DNA from: Pseudomonadota bacterium
GTDB lineage: Bacteria; Bdellovibrionota_B; Oligoflexia; Silvanigrellales; Silvanigrellaceae
Assembly (NCBI GenBank): GCA_039799905.1
Contig: JBDLRP010000034.1
Coordinates: 32,001-96,000, forward strand
DNA length: 64,000 nucleotides
Reading direction: 5' to 3'
The notes beneath the pieces are model-generated. The model ran no database searches. It was not told the origin of the DNA and was given only the letters and a program-made list of their open reading frames with translations. Positions within the stretch are counted from its first letter, which is position 1, and each line of letters opens with the position of its first letter. Of the stretch, positions 29,468 through 37,678 are shown one piece after another. The translations under genes were made by a program, and so were the position numbers.

Positions 29468-31873
29468 ATGGCGAACGCTGCATTCCGGCTCTTTCATCCA
29501 CGTGTTCAAAATCAAGGTCTCGACCTCTCGAACGTTCAATTGAACGGTTCACTCGAGAACATCATTCTCGACCTCCGTCCAAAGATCGAGATGGGCAAGG
29601 AATACTCCTTTCTGGCCGCTTCCGTGCTTGCCGAAAAGCTCCGTCTGGAGACGCTCGTAACGCTTTCCGTTGCGCACGATCCAGCTCCGCTGAGCAAACC
29701 CGAGAGCGAAAAGTTGCGGCCGACTTTGCGTCAGTATGCAGCCTTTGCGATCGACCTCGGCCACATGTCCCCGCGGATCGCCGAGCTTAATCTTGAGGCT
29801 CTGCAAAAAGAAATCAGACCCGAGCGCACTTACCTGCTCGACTACCTCGGTGCGCACACCCTCTACGACCGTTACCTTCTTCACAAGGAAGGCAAACGCT
29901 ACGAAGACATCCAGCACTTCTGGATGCGCGTGGCGATGGGTATAGCTCTGGCCGAACCAGACGTTCAGCAGGCGACCAGCCGCGCGGCTGAGTTTTACCA
30001 CGTCATCTCGCAGATGCATTACGTTCCGAGCACCCCGACCCTGTTCAACTCGGGTACGGCCCGTTCGCAAATGTCGAGCTGCTTCCTCACAACCGTTCAG
30101 GATGATCTGGTCGACATCTACCGCCAGTATTCAGATAACGCACTGCTCTCAAAATTCGCCGGTGGTCTGGGCAATGACTGGACTCCGATCCGCGCCAGCG
30201 GCTCCTGGATCAAGGGCACCAACGGACGCTCGCAGGGTGTCATCCCTTTCATCAAGGTGCAGGACTCTTCGACGATTGCTGTCAATCAGGGCGGAAAACG
30301 CAAGGGCGCTGTGTGCGCCTACATCGAAACATGGCACCTTGACATCGAGGACTTCCTCGAGCTGCGCAAAAACACCGGCGACGAGCGCCGCCGCACCCAT
30401 GACATGAACACGGCCAACTGGGTGCCAGACCTTTTCCTTCAGCGCGTCGAGGCAAATGCCGACTGGACCCTCTTCTGCCCAAGTGAAACTGCCGATCTGC
30501 ATGATACCTTTGGTGCAGAATTCAAGACCCGTTACGAGGCTTACGAGGCGGCCGCAGAAAAGGGTGAGATCAGGAACTTCAAGAAGATCCCTGCTGTGAC
30601 ACTGTGGCGCAAGATGCTGACGATGCTGTTTGAAACAGGTCACCCTTGGATCACCTTCAAAGATCCATGCAACCTCCGCAGCTCGCAGAAGCACACGGGT
30701 GTTGTTCATTCGAGCAACCTGTGTACAGAGATCACTCTCAATACGAGCAGCGATGAAACAGCTGTGTGCAACATCGGGTCGGTCAACCTCAAGGCGATCT
30801 TCCAACAGCCGAATCCCTACGAGACACTGCGCTCGACGGTTCGCTCGGCGATGCGCATGCTGGACAACGTCATCACGGAAAACTTCTATCCAATTGAGTC
30901 GGCCAAGCGCGCAAACGAGCGCCACCGTCCGGTTGGACTCGGCTTGATGGGCTTTCAGGATGTGCTCTACATGAAGCGCATTCCATATAGTTCTCCGGGC
31001 GCGGTCATGTTGTCTGCGCAAATCATGGAAGCTATCAGCTTCCACTCAATTGAGGCGTCGGCCGAGATTGCCCGCGAGCGCGGAAGTTACCAAACCTTTG
31101 CCGGTTCAACTTGGTCACAAGGGCGCGTGCCGGCTGACACTCTCAAGGATTTGGGTTCGCACGTGCGGGTGCCCGAGGTTCCTGCGTTCTTCTCCAATCC
31201 CAAGAACGAAACGATTTTTGCTGCTGATTTGCTTGCACAGGAAGGATTCCCGGCAAAATTTGCGTGGGACACCCTGCGCGACAAGGTCAAGACAGGAATG
31301 CGCAACAGCTTGTGCATGGCCATTGCACCGACGGCGACCATCTCGAATATCGCGGGCTGTACGCAGTCTATTGAACCGAGTTACAAGAATCTGTTCGTCA
31401 AGACCAATCTGGGCGGCGACTACACGGTGATCAACGAGTACCTGATTGACGACCTCAAGGCCGCCAATCTGTGGAACGCTCAAATGGCGCGTGAGTTGAA
31501 GCGCGCTGACGGCTCCGTGCAGAATTTCGATATTCCGCAAGAGTTCAAGGAGCTCTATCAAACTGCATTTGATGTTGAACCTGAGCAGCTCATCCGCTGT
31601 GCTGCAGTGAGGCAGGTTTACATTGATCAGGCGCAAAGCCTCAACCTGTACTTGGGTGCTCCGTCTGGCCGCCGTCTCGATGAAATGTACCGCTATGCTT
31701 GGCATAGTGGCCTGAAGACAACCTATTATCTGCGCACAAAGGCTGCGACGGGAGTTGAAAAGTCAAGTATCAACGCTGGTTCCGCAACTTCGTCGGCTGC
31801 GCCGCAGGTTGCATCGTCTACGGGCCCGAAAGCTTGTTCGATCGAAAATCCCGATTGCGAGAGCTGCCAATAA
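29468..31873 (+). CDS. nrdA: Ribonucleoside-diphosphate reductase alpha subunit, class Ia
   Basis: AAGGAG RBS; STPTLFNSG, SSCF, QGGKRKGA, SNLCTEI, APTATIS, GLKTTYYLR, C-terminal CESCQ. Confidence 0.96.
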   Translation: MANAAFRLFHPRVQNQGLDLSNVQLNGSLENIILDLRPKIEMGKEYSFLAASVLAEKLRLETLVTLSVAHDPAPLSKPESEKLRPTLRQYAAFAIDLGHMSPRIAELNLEALQKEIRPERTYLLDYLGAHTLYDRYLLHKEGKRYEDIQHFWMRVAMGIALAEPDVQQATSRAAEFYHVISQMHYVPSTPTLFNSGTARSQMSSCFLTTVQDDLVDIYRQYSDNALLSKFAGGLGNDWTPIRASGSWIKGTNGRSQGVIPFIKVQDSSTIAVNQGGKRKGAVCAYIETWHLDIEDFLELRKNTGDERRRTHDMNTANWVPDLFLQRVEANADWTLFCPSETADLHDTFGAEFKTRYEAYEAAAEKGEIRNFKKIPAVTLWRKMLTMLFETGHPWITFKDPCNLRSSQKHTGVVHSSNLCTEITLNTSSDETAVCNIGSVNLKAIFQQPNPYETLRSTVRSAMRMLDNVITENFYPIESAKRANERHRPVGLGLMGFQDVLYMKRIPYSSPGAVMLSAQIMEAISFHSIEASAEIARERGSYQTFAGSTWSQGRVPADTLKDLGSHVRVPEVPAFFSNPKNETIFAADLLAQEGFPAKFAWDTLRDKVKTGMRNSLCMAIAPTATISNIAGCTQSIEPSYKNLFVKTNLGGDYTVINEYLIDDLKAANLWNAQMARELKRADGSVQNFDIPQEFKELYQTAFDVEPEQLIRCAAVRQVYIDQAQSLNLYLGAPSGRRLDEMYRYAWHSGLKTTYYLRTKAATGVEKSSINAGSATSSAAPQVASSTGPKACSIENPDCESCQ

Positions 31874-31908
31874 TCAAATGATTCAATGAATCTGAGGAGC
31901 AGAAACAC

Positions 31909-32895
31909 ATGCTATTGAACGCAACACAGACACAGCTGATGCCCTTCGAGTACCCATGGGCATGGGATGAATTCAAGAATCTTTGCAAGAACCACTGGCT
32001 GCCGCAGGAAATTTCTATGGCCTCGGACATCCAGCAGTGGAAGAGCAACGGTGTTTTGACTGCCGACGAAAAGCACCTCATCAAGAAGATTCTCAGCTTC
32101 TTCGCAAACACCGATGTTCTCGTGGGCGACAACATCGTGATGTCGATTTATCGCCATCTGACCAATCCGGAGGTCCGCCAGTACCTGTGTGGTCAGGCCT
32201 TTCAGGAAAGCATCCACTCATGGTCATACGCGCACATCGTTGAGTCGCTGTCGATGGATCAGAAGGAAGTCTTTTCTGAGTTCAAGCGTTTTGGAACCAT
32301 CAAGGACAAGCACGACTTTCAGTCGTCGTTTCTCAATGGCGTGATGAGCCCGTCGTTCTCCACCGAGACTTTGGCCGGCAAAAAGACCTTCCTTGAAAAT
32401 CTCTGCGCATATTATTTGGGCATGGAAGGAATGCAGTTCTACAGCGCGTTTGTGCTGCTGTTGAACTTCAAGCGGCGCAACTTGATGGTCGGTTCTGCCG
32501 AGCAGCTCGAGTATATTGTCCGCGATGAGTCGTTGCACTGCCGCTTCGGAACCAAGCTCATCAATCAGTTCATCGTCGAAAATCCAGAAGCGTGGACACC
32601 TGAGGTCAAGGAAGCCGTGCGCGCCAACATTGCGCGGGTCGTTGATCTTGAGGACGCTTTTGTTGCCGATTGTCTGCCGCGTGACATTGTCGGCATGAGC
32701 AAAGAGCAGTTCTCGGTCTATATCCGTTACATTGCCGATCGCCGCTTGGAATCGGTCGGACTTGAGCCATTCTATGGTGTCGATGACACGCCGTTCCCGT
32801 GGATGAACGAAATCATGGACCTTCCCAAGGAAAAGAACTTCTTCGAAAGCCGAGTAACGGAATACCAGGCTTCGGTGTCGCTCGACTGGAACTGA
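31909..32895 (+). CDS. nrdB: Ribonucleoside-diphosphate reductase beta subunit, class Ia
   Basis: WLPQE, FFANTD, ESIHSWSY (radical Tyr present), EGMQFY, RDESLH, NFFE..VTEY. Confidence 0.96.
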   Translation: MLLNATQTQLMPFEYPWAWDEFKNLCKNHWLPQEISMASDIQQWKSNGVLTADEKHLIKKILSFFANTDVLVGDNIVMSIYRHLTNPEVRQYLCGQAFQESIHSWSYAHIVESLSMDQKEVFSEFKRFGTIKDKHDFQSSFLNGVMSPSFSTETLAGKKTFLENLCAYYLGMEGMQFYSAFVLLLNFKRRNLMVGSAEQLEYIVRDESLHCRFGTKLINQFIVENPEAWTPEVKEAVRANIARVVDLEDAFVADCLPRDIVGMSKEQFSVYIRYIADRRLESVGLEPFYGVDDTPFPWMNEIMDLPKEKNFFESRVTEYQASVSLDWN

Positions 32896-33030
32896 GTGGG
32901 CGCTTCGTCGCTGGAAAGCGTCAGCTTTCCTCATTTGCGGCGAGCGTTATTCATTCCGCATCGTAAGACTCACGCCAGCCGTTGCTGCCTGCCTCGACTT
33001 TGAAACGCATCAATACTAGAGAGTCTTAAC

Positions 33031-33070
33031 CGAACTCCCCATCATCCCGTTTAGGGGTGGTGGGGATTCG
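33031..33070. other. Long GC-rich hairpin in the intergenic region
   Basis: CGAA-C-TCCCCATCATCCC-GTTTA-GGGGTGGTGGGGA-TTCG. Confidence 0.6.
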
Positions 33071-33102
33071 AGCTTTGGAGACTTTTTCGGGGAGGCGTAT
33101 TT

Positions 33103-33660
33103 ATGTCAAAGGTTTCTTGGGTTGCAATATTCTCGTCAGCAATTGCTTTGGGTTCGGCATTTCTGCCTTCGAGCGGTTATGCCGGTGAGTCAGCCAGCGC
33201 GGCCACGCCTGTAAGCGTCAACACGCAAAGCAAAAGAATTTACTTTATACTTGGCTCGCTGCTTCGGTCGATTCCTGTCAGTGATCTGGAGATCTTCGCT
33301 GCCGAAGGCATTGCCCGCGGAGATATCGGCAATCTACTGAAATTTGGCAAAGTTGATGCGCAAAACCTGCGCGACCAACTTAACAAAGAGTATCTGCTCG
33401 ATTTCCTCCTAGTGAGTCAGGCACTCAACGATTCCGTCGGCGTTGCATTGCTGAGTAAACTTGGCGAAGGCTTGCATCCGCTCCGAAACACATCTACGTC
33501 CGTTCAGGCTCTGCGTTCAGCCATTGTTAAGTCGCTTGAAGACGACAACACACTGACCCCATTGGAAGTTCTAAAGAACATTCCCGTCGACATGGCCATC
33601 GAAATTGACGTTATTTTGAAGATGAAGGATGAGCTCACGGCACTCTTCCCACAGGAGTGA
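33103..33660 (+). CDS. Exported DUF1400-like (alpha/beta-hydrolase-associated) protein
   Basis: Signal peptide; RSIPVSDLEIFAAEG, QALRSAIV, LTPLEVLKNIP resemble DUF1400. Confidence 0.65.
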   Translation: MSKVSWVAIFSSAIALGSAFLPSSGYAGESASAATPVSVNTQSKRIYFILGSLLRSIPVSDLEIFAAEGIARGDIGNLLKFGKVDAQNLRDQLNKEYLLDFLLVSQALNDSVGVALLSKLGEGLHPLRNTSTSVQALRSAIVKSLEDDNTLTPLEVLKNIPVDMAIEIDVILKMKDELTALFPQE

Positions 33661-33667
33661 ATCCTGT

Positions 33668-35317
33668 TCAGTTTGCGGTTGCCGATGCACAGCCTGCGGG
33701 ATCTGTTTCCAACCAATAGGAAAATGCCTCAATCGGCTTTTGGTTGAGAAACAAGTTGTCCGCGGCCAACGCTTTTGGAGTTCCATCAGCGTTGGTTGCT
33801 GAAGTGCTCACACCCACCAGACTGTTAAACCATGCAAAATCACCGTGCATGGTGTTGGGTTTGAGAAGCGTTTTACCGCCGTCAACAGAGTAGGGCGGCT
33901 GCGCTATTGTACCAAGTGATGTCAGCTGCACACCGGCCGGCAGGCTCAGGTTGTTTTGCTGTTCCTCGATCAGGTTCTGATTGACAGACGAAAAAATACG
34001 CCCGCCGAACTGACCCTGCGAGATAGGAATTCTCACGTCCAGCGTGCCATGCATGGTGACCATTGAGCCTTTGCCGCCTGTCGCCCAGTTGCGCACTGAG
34101 GCAAGACTCAGCCTCGCGTTGAAGGTGGCATCACGCAGCTGAAGTTTCAGGGCGGCTTGCTGAGCGTTGATGGTGCCGTTGCGATATTCATCCATCAGCG
34201 CGTCAAGCTGGGGCGCGGTCGGCAACGTATAAGCTTCCATCGATTTTGCTGTGCCTTTCACGATGGCGGCAAGAAATGCGCGGAACTCTCCGTAGGTGAA
34301 ATTCGTCGGATTGATGTTTGTAGCGAGGCAGTTGAAGTATTTGGGTTGAGAGTAAACTTGCGAACCAGTGCGCAGGTTTGCCTCGAGCATTGCCGAGTTT
34401 TTTGCCAGTGCGATGAGTGCCGCCATTCCTCCGCGAGATGAGCCTGCCATGTATGAAACCGGAACGCTGCCAACCGAAAGACCCGCGGGTGTTTGCGTTT
34501 TAATTTTCTGTGTGACGGTGGTGTTGAAGTTTGGCAGAGCGTTGGCTGTCACGACGCAATTGTGAGCCGCAAGCAGATCTTCAGCATCCGTGCTGTAGGG
34601 GGCAGAGACACCCACTGCGTCGAAATAGCGGCCCTGAGCGTCGCAGCCGGTTTTGTCGCTGCCGCTGGTTCCGAACTTGCAGATTGGTTCACCCGGGAAT
34701 GCGGGAGCCACGACGATGTGTTTGGATTGAAGGTCACCGAAAATGGCGGCGACTTCCAGTGCGCTGAGGCCGCGGTCACCGGCATGTGAGTAGGCCACGA
34801 CAGGAAAGGTCTTTCCGGATTCAGTGGGCACCGATACCAGCGCTCCGTAAACCAGTGGATCGGCATTTCCGTCGGCCGCTCTCCGCCGGTACTTCATCAG
34901 GTACCACTTCGCCGTTTTGATCTCCGTTGGAAATATATCTGGCAATTTGATTGCTTTTGCACTTCCGAGTTCATCGAAGGAATCCACACCGGCACAATCC
35001 GTTGCTGCGGCAGTTTTGAGGTGTTCGGCTGCAAGCTTTTCTGTGAGAGATTTATACGCGGCACTGCCCTCGCTCGTTGAATCAAAAAATCCGCTCGCAG
35101 TGTAGAGCGATTGATTGGATCCGTCGGTCGGAATTTTGAGCTCTGCAGCAAGGTCGCTCCAGCGCTGATTGGCATCGCGCACCACGGGGTCGGCAAAATC
35201 TTCGGGTGTGATCTCGCTGGCTGGTTTGGGCAGCGCCGAATTCTCCAGCTTCTTGCCGCATGCGACTGCAAAGAGAGAAAAGGCTGAAGCGAAGACAAGA
35301 GCATTTTTCCGTTGCAT
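33668..35317 (-). CDS. Alpha/beta-hydrolase-fold lipoprotein
   Basis: Lipobox AVAC; PVVAYSHAG, GSSRGG nucleophile elbow, MHGTLD.RIP, late His (MHGD). Confidence 0.65.
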   Translation of the reverse strand: MQRKNALVFASAFSLFAVACGKKLENSALPKPASEITPEDFADPVVRDANQRWSDLAAELKIPTDGSNQSLYTASGFFDSTSEGSAAYKSLTEKLAAEHLKTAAATDCAGVDSFDELGSAKAIKLPDIFPTEIKTAKWYLMKYRRRAADGNADPLVYGALVSVPTESGKTFPVVAYSHAGDRGLSALEVAAIFGDLQSKHIVVAPAFPGEPICKFGTSGSDKTGCDAQGRYFDAVGVSAPYSTDAEDLLAAHNCVVTANALPNFNTTVTQKIKTQTPAGLSVGSVPVSYMAGSSRGGMAALIALAKNSAMLEANLRTGSQVYSQPKYFNCLATNINPTNFTYGEFRAFLAAIVKGTAKSMEAYTLPTAPQLDALMDEYRNGTINAQQAALKLQLRDATFNARLSLASVRNWATGGKGSMVTMHGTLDVRIPISQGQFGGRIFSSVNQNLIEEQQNNLSLPAGVQLTSLGTIAQPPYSVDGGKTLLKPNTMHGDFAWFNSLVGVSTSATNADGTPKALAADNLFLNQKPIEAFSYWLETDPAGCASATAN

Positions 35318-35422
35318 AGACACCCCGCGTCTGTTGTTCCAGAAAAATTTAGCTGTGCCGTTGTGGTAATGCAAACGTGTTGCGGTAAACTTGCTCCGTT
35401 GCCGATCATGGAGAGAACGCTC

Positions 35423-36691
35423 ATGAAGAAATCTTCACAACGGATGTTTGCTGTGCTCGCGTTGGCTTGTATGCCGGCGTTTCCGATTTTTGCTGCAGAG
35501 TCGTCCACAGATGTCGACCCAGCACCGGCGGGTGAGGGTAAAACTCTTCCAAACAATGTGGCGCGTGTGCGTCTTCCGATGAAGTTTGTTTCGGGAACAT
35601 CGGCATTTTCCTCGCAGGGCAAGAAGGAGGATTCGGGCCTTCAGGTCAGCGCTGCGGCGGGAGCTCTTGTGGTTGAATATGGCGTCTCGGATGCCATCTC
35701 GCTGCAGTTCGTCGCTCCATTTACGGCGCAGAATCAGCTGTCCATGAATGGCGCGGCATTTCAAAAAACCACTGTTTACAAAGAAAAGTTTGATGAGTTT
35801 GTGAACGCTGCTGCTGCCCGTCTCGCTGACGAGGGGTTGTGCTTGTCGCCGGAAGCGTGCGTTGATGAGATTCTCAATAAGAATCTGACGTTCCCTCTGG
35901 ATGCGCCGCTGACTTTGCCCACCGGCGAGACACTCGTCGTGCGTGCCGGAGTTCCCTTAAAGGATGTTGCTGCTTCGCTCGTGACCCGTGCTGCGCTGCC
36001 GGCCAGCGGCCGCACTGGTTTGGGAGATGTTGAACTGGGTGCACTTTTCGCTCTGTCGGACCCTAAGGTCGGTCTCATGAAAAAAGATTGGCCATTCAAT
36101 GTTTCAGTGGGAGCTGGCCTGCGACTGCCGACCGGTTCCTTCACCGATGTTCCCGCAGCACAGCGCGGCACCGGCCGCGGAACTCTTGATTTGGGGCTGC
36201 GGGCCAATGTCGACTGGCACCTGCATCGGTCGGTTGTTGTGTCGTTTCAGAACCAAACAGAATTGATGCTCCTCGCTGGTAAAAAGAAACGTTCATCATT
36301 GCTCGACAGCACGAAATTAAACAGCGCCGATCCGAGCGCTGCAGGCGCGGACGGACTGGCCAACACGTCCGAATACGAGCGTGACGGTGTGCGGCAGATT
36401 GGCTTTGCCAAGGCTGCGTTTGCTTTGGCTTCGCTCGGTGACTCGTTTTCACTTCTGTTGATCAACGGTCAGTGGAAGTACGATTTCGAGAGCAGAACCA
36501 CGTTGGGCAGGCAGGAGTATAATCCTGCTTCCGAGATGCAGTCTCTGCAGGCCGGAGTGACGTTGGATGGGTTGAGGATTCAACTCCCTCTGCAGCTTGA
36601 TGTGGACTACGAAATTCCTGTTGCGGGCAAGAACCGAGTGCTGGCGCCGTCGTCACTGACCACCACGGTCAAGGCGTTTTATCGATTCTAA
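35423..36691 (+). CDS. Putative outer-membrane beta-barrel protein
   Basis: Signal peptide, GLGDVELG, GLRLPTG, amphipathic strands, C-terminal Phe (KAFYRF). Confidence 0.6.
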   Translation: MKKSSQRMFAVLALACMPAFPIFAAESSTDVDPAPAGEGKTLPNNVARVRLPMKFVSGTSAFSSQGKKEDSGLQVSAAAGALVVEYGVSDAISLQFVAPFTAQNQLSMNGAAFQKTTVYKEKFDEFVNAAAARLADEGLCLSPEACVDEILNKNLTFPLDAPLTLPTGETLVVRAGVPLKDVAASLVTRAALPASGRTGLGDVELGALFALSDPKVGLMKKDWPFNVSVGAGLRLPTGSFTDVPAAQRGTGRGTLDLGLRANVDWHLHRSVVVSFQNQTELMLLAGKKKRSSLLDSTKLNSADPSAAGADGLANTSEYERDGVRQIGFAKAAFALASLGDSFSLLLINGQWKYDFESRTTLGRQEYNPASEMQSLQAGVTLDGLRIQLPLQLDVDYEIPVAGKNRVLAPSSLTTTVKAFYRF

Positions 36692-36751
36692 AACCGCGGC
36701 GTGTTGCTGCAGAATGGCACTCGTTTGCGCCTTACGGCTGTAAAAAAATAT

Positions 36752-36785
36752 AAGCGCGCAGCGGAGTTGACCGCTGCGCGCTTTT
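36752..36785. terminator. Bidirectional intrinsic terminator between convergent genes
   Basis: AAGCGCGCAGCGG-AGTTGA-CCGCTGCGCGCTT with A-rich and T-rich flanks. Confidence 0.85.
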
Positions 36786-36804
36786 CACAAAGTCTGCGAC
36801 TCAA

Positions 36805-37410
36805 TTATTTCTTGATGAGCGCAACAGGATAGAGCTTGCTTGGGTAGTTATTTTTCTCACACATGTTGCCGGAGCGGTCGCCAAGGAAAACCTTCTCGCC
36901 GTCCACTTTCACCAGGTCATGCTCGCCTTTGCACTCTTTTGCTGGTTTTGCGCCGAGTTGAGCACAGCCAGTTTTGTGAATGTCATGGGCTTCGCCAACT
37001 TTCCAGTCTTTCTTGCCACAGAATTCAGCTTGGTTCATGAACTGCACTGCGCCTTCCGACTTGGCGGTCAGAGTGCGTGTCTTGAATCCGAAGAATGCAT
37101 TGTGAGCGCCTTCGACAGACTTGGATTGACCGCGCAATTCCCACTTGCCGGCAACGTCAAGCGTGAAGAGCGGCTGGGTGCAGTCTTTGTCGCCGAAAAC
37201 TGTAAAGTCGATCTTCCACTCTTTCTTTGTCATTGGGAAGGTGCGGGTAAAATATGTTTCGCCGCCCTGACCGTTGGGCATTGATTCGCATTTTTCGCTG
37301 GTCCAGTTGCCAGCCAGATTCGGCTTAGCCAGTTTTGTTTCTTTAGCAGCAAAGGCAACGGAACTGACAGCAGCAAGCACAGACAAGGACACCAATTGAA
37401 CTAACTTCAC
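36805..37410 (-). CDS. Secreted APCDD1-like domain protein
   Basis: Signal peptide; L.G.W.S..CE, FTR, D..C..P.FT, CG...W..G...D....GC..LG, FLGDR pattern. Confidence 0.7.
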   Translation of the reverse strand: MKLVQLVSLSVLAAVSSVAFAAKETKLAKPNLAGNWTSEKCESMPNGQGGETYFTRTFPMTKKEWKIDFTVFGDKDCTQPLFTLDVAGKWELRGQSKSVEGAHNAFFGFKTRTLTAKSEGAVQFMNQAEFCGKKDWKVGEAHDIHKTGCAQLGAKPAKECKGEHDLVKVDGEKVFLGDRSGNMCEKNNYPSKLYPVALIKK

Positions 37411-37563
37411 GAATCACCTCCATATAATCTGTTTCAAACAACAGATGCGAAGATTTTAATAACGGCGGTTTCGGGAGAGAAGAGTAGTAATTCACCAGTG
37501 TCAGATAAATGGCGTTTTAGTGGGGGGTATCTGACTGCCTATGGATGCACCGTTTTTTGCGAT

Positions 37564-37580
37564 TGTCGAATCTTTCGACA
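37564..37580. promoter_or_regulatory. Putative enhancer-binding-protein site TGT-N11-ACA
   Basis: TGTCGAATCTTTCGACA, near-perfect palindrome. Confidence 0.65.
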
Positions 37581-37622
37581 CTGATGTTTCTATTAAATGT
37601 TCGGAACTGTTATGTTTTTTTT

Positions 37623-37638
37623 TGGCACGGTCGATGCT
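37623..37638 (+). promoter_or_regulatory. Sigma-54 (-24/-12) promoter
   Basis: T-tract then TGGCAC-GGTCG-ATGCT, upstream of ATG 37679. Confidence 0.65.
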
Positions 37639-37678
37639 GCTTTTCTTCCAAACAAAGCATCGCATGAGGAGAAGTCAC

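Noticed and set aside
31909..32895. Class Ic (Mn/Fe) NrdB
   Set aside because: The radical Tyr (ESIHSWSY) and the first-ligand Asp are present, so it is class Ia
36715..36729. TGGCAC-TCGT-TTGC
   Set aside because: Spacing is one base short and it lies between convergent gene ends
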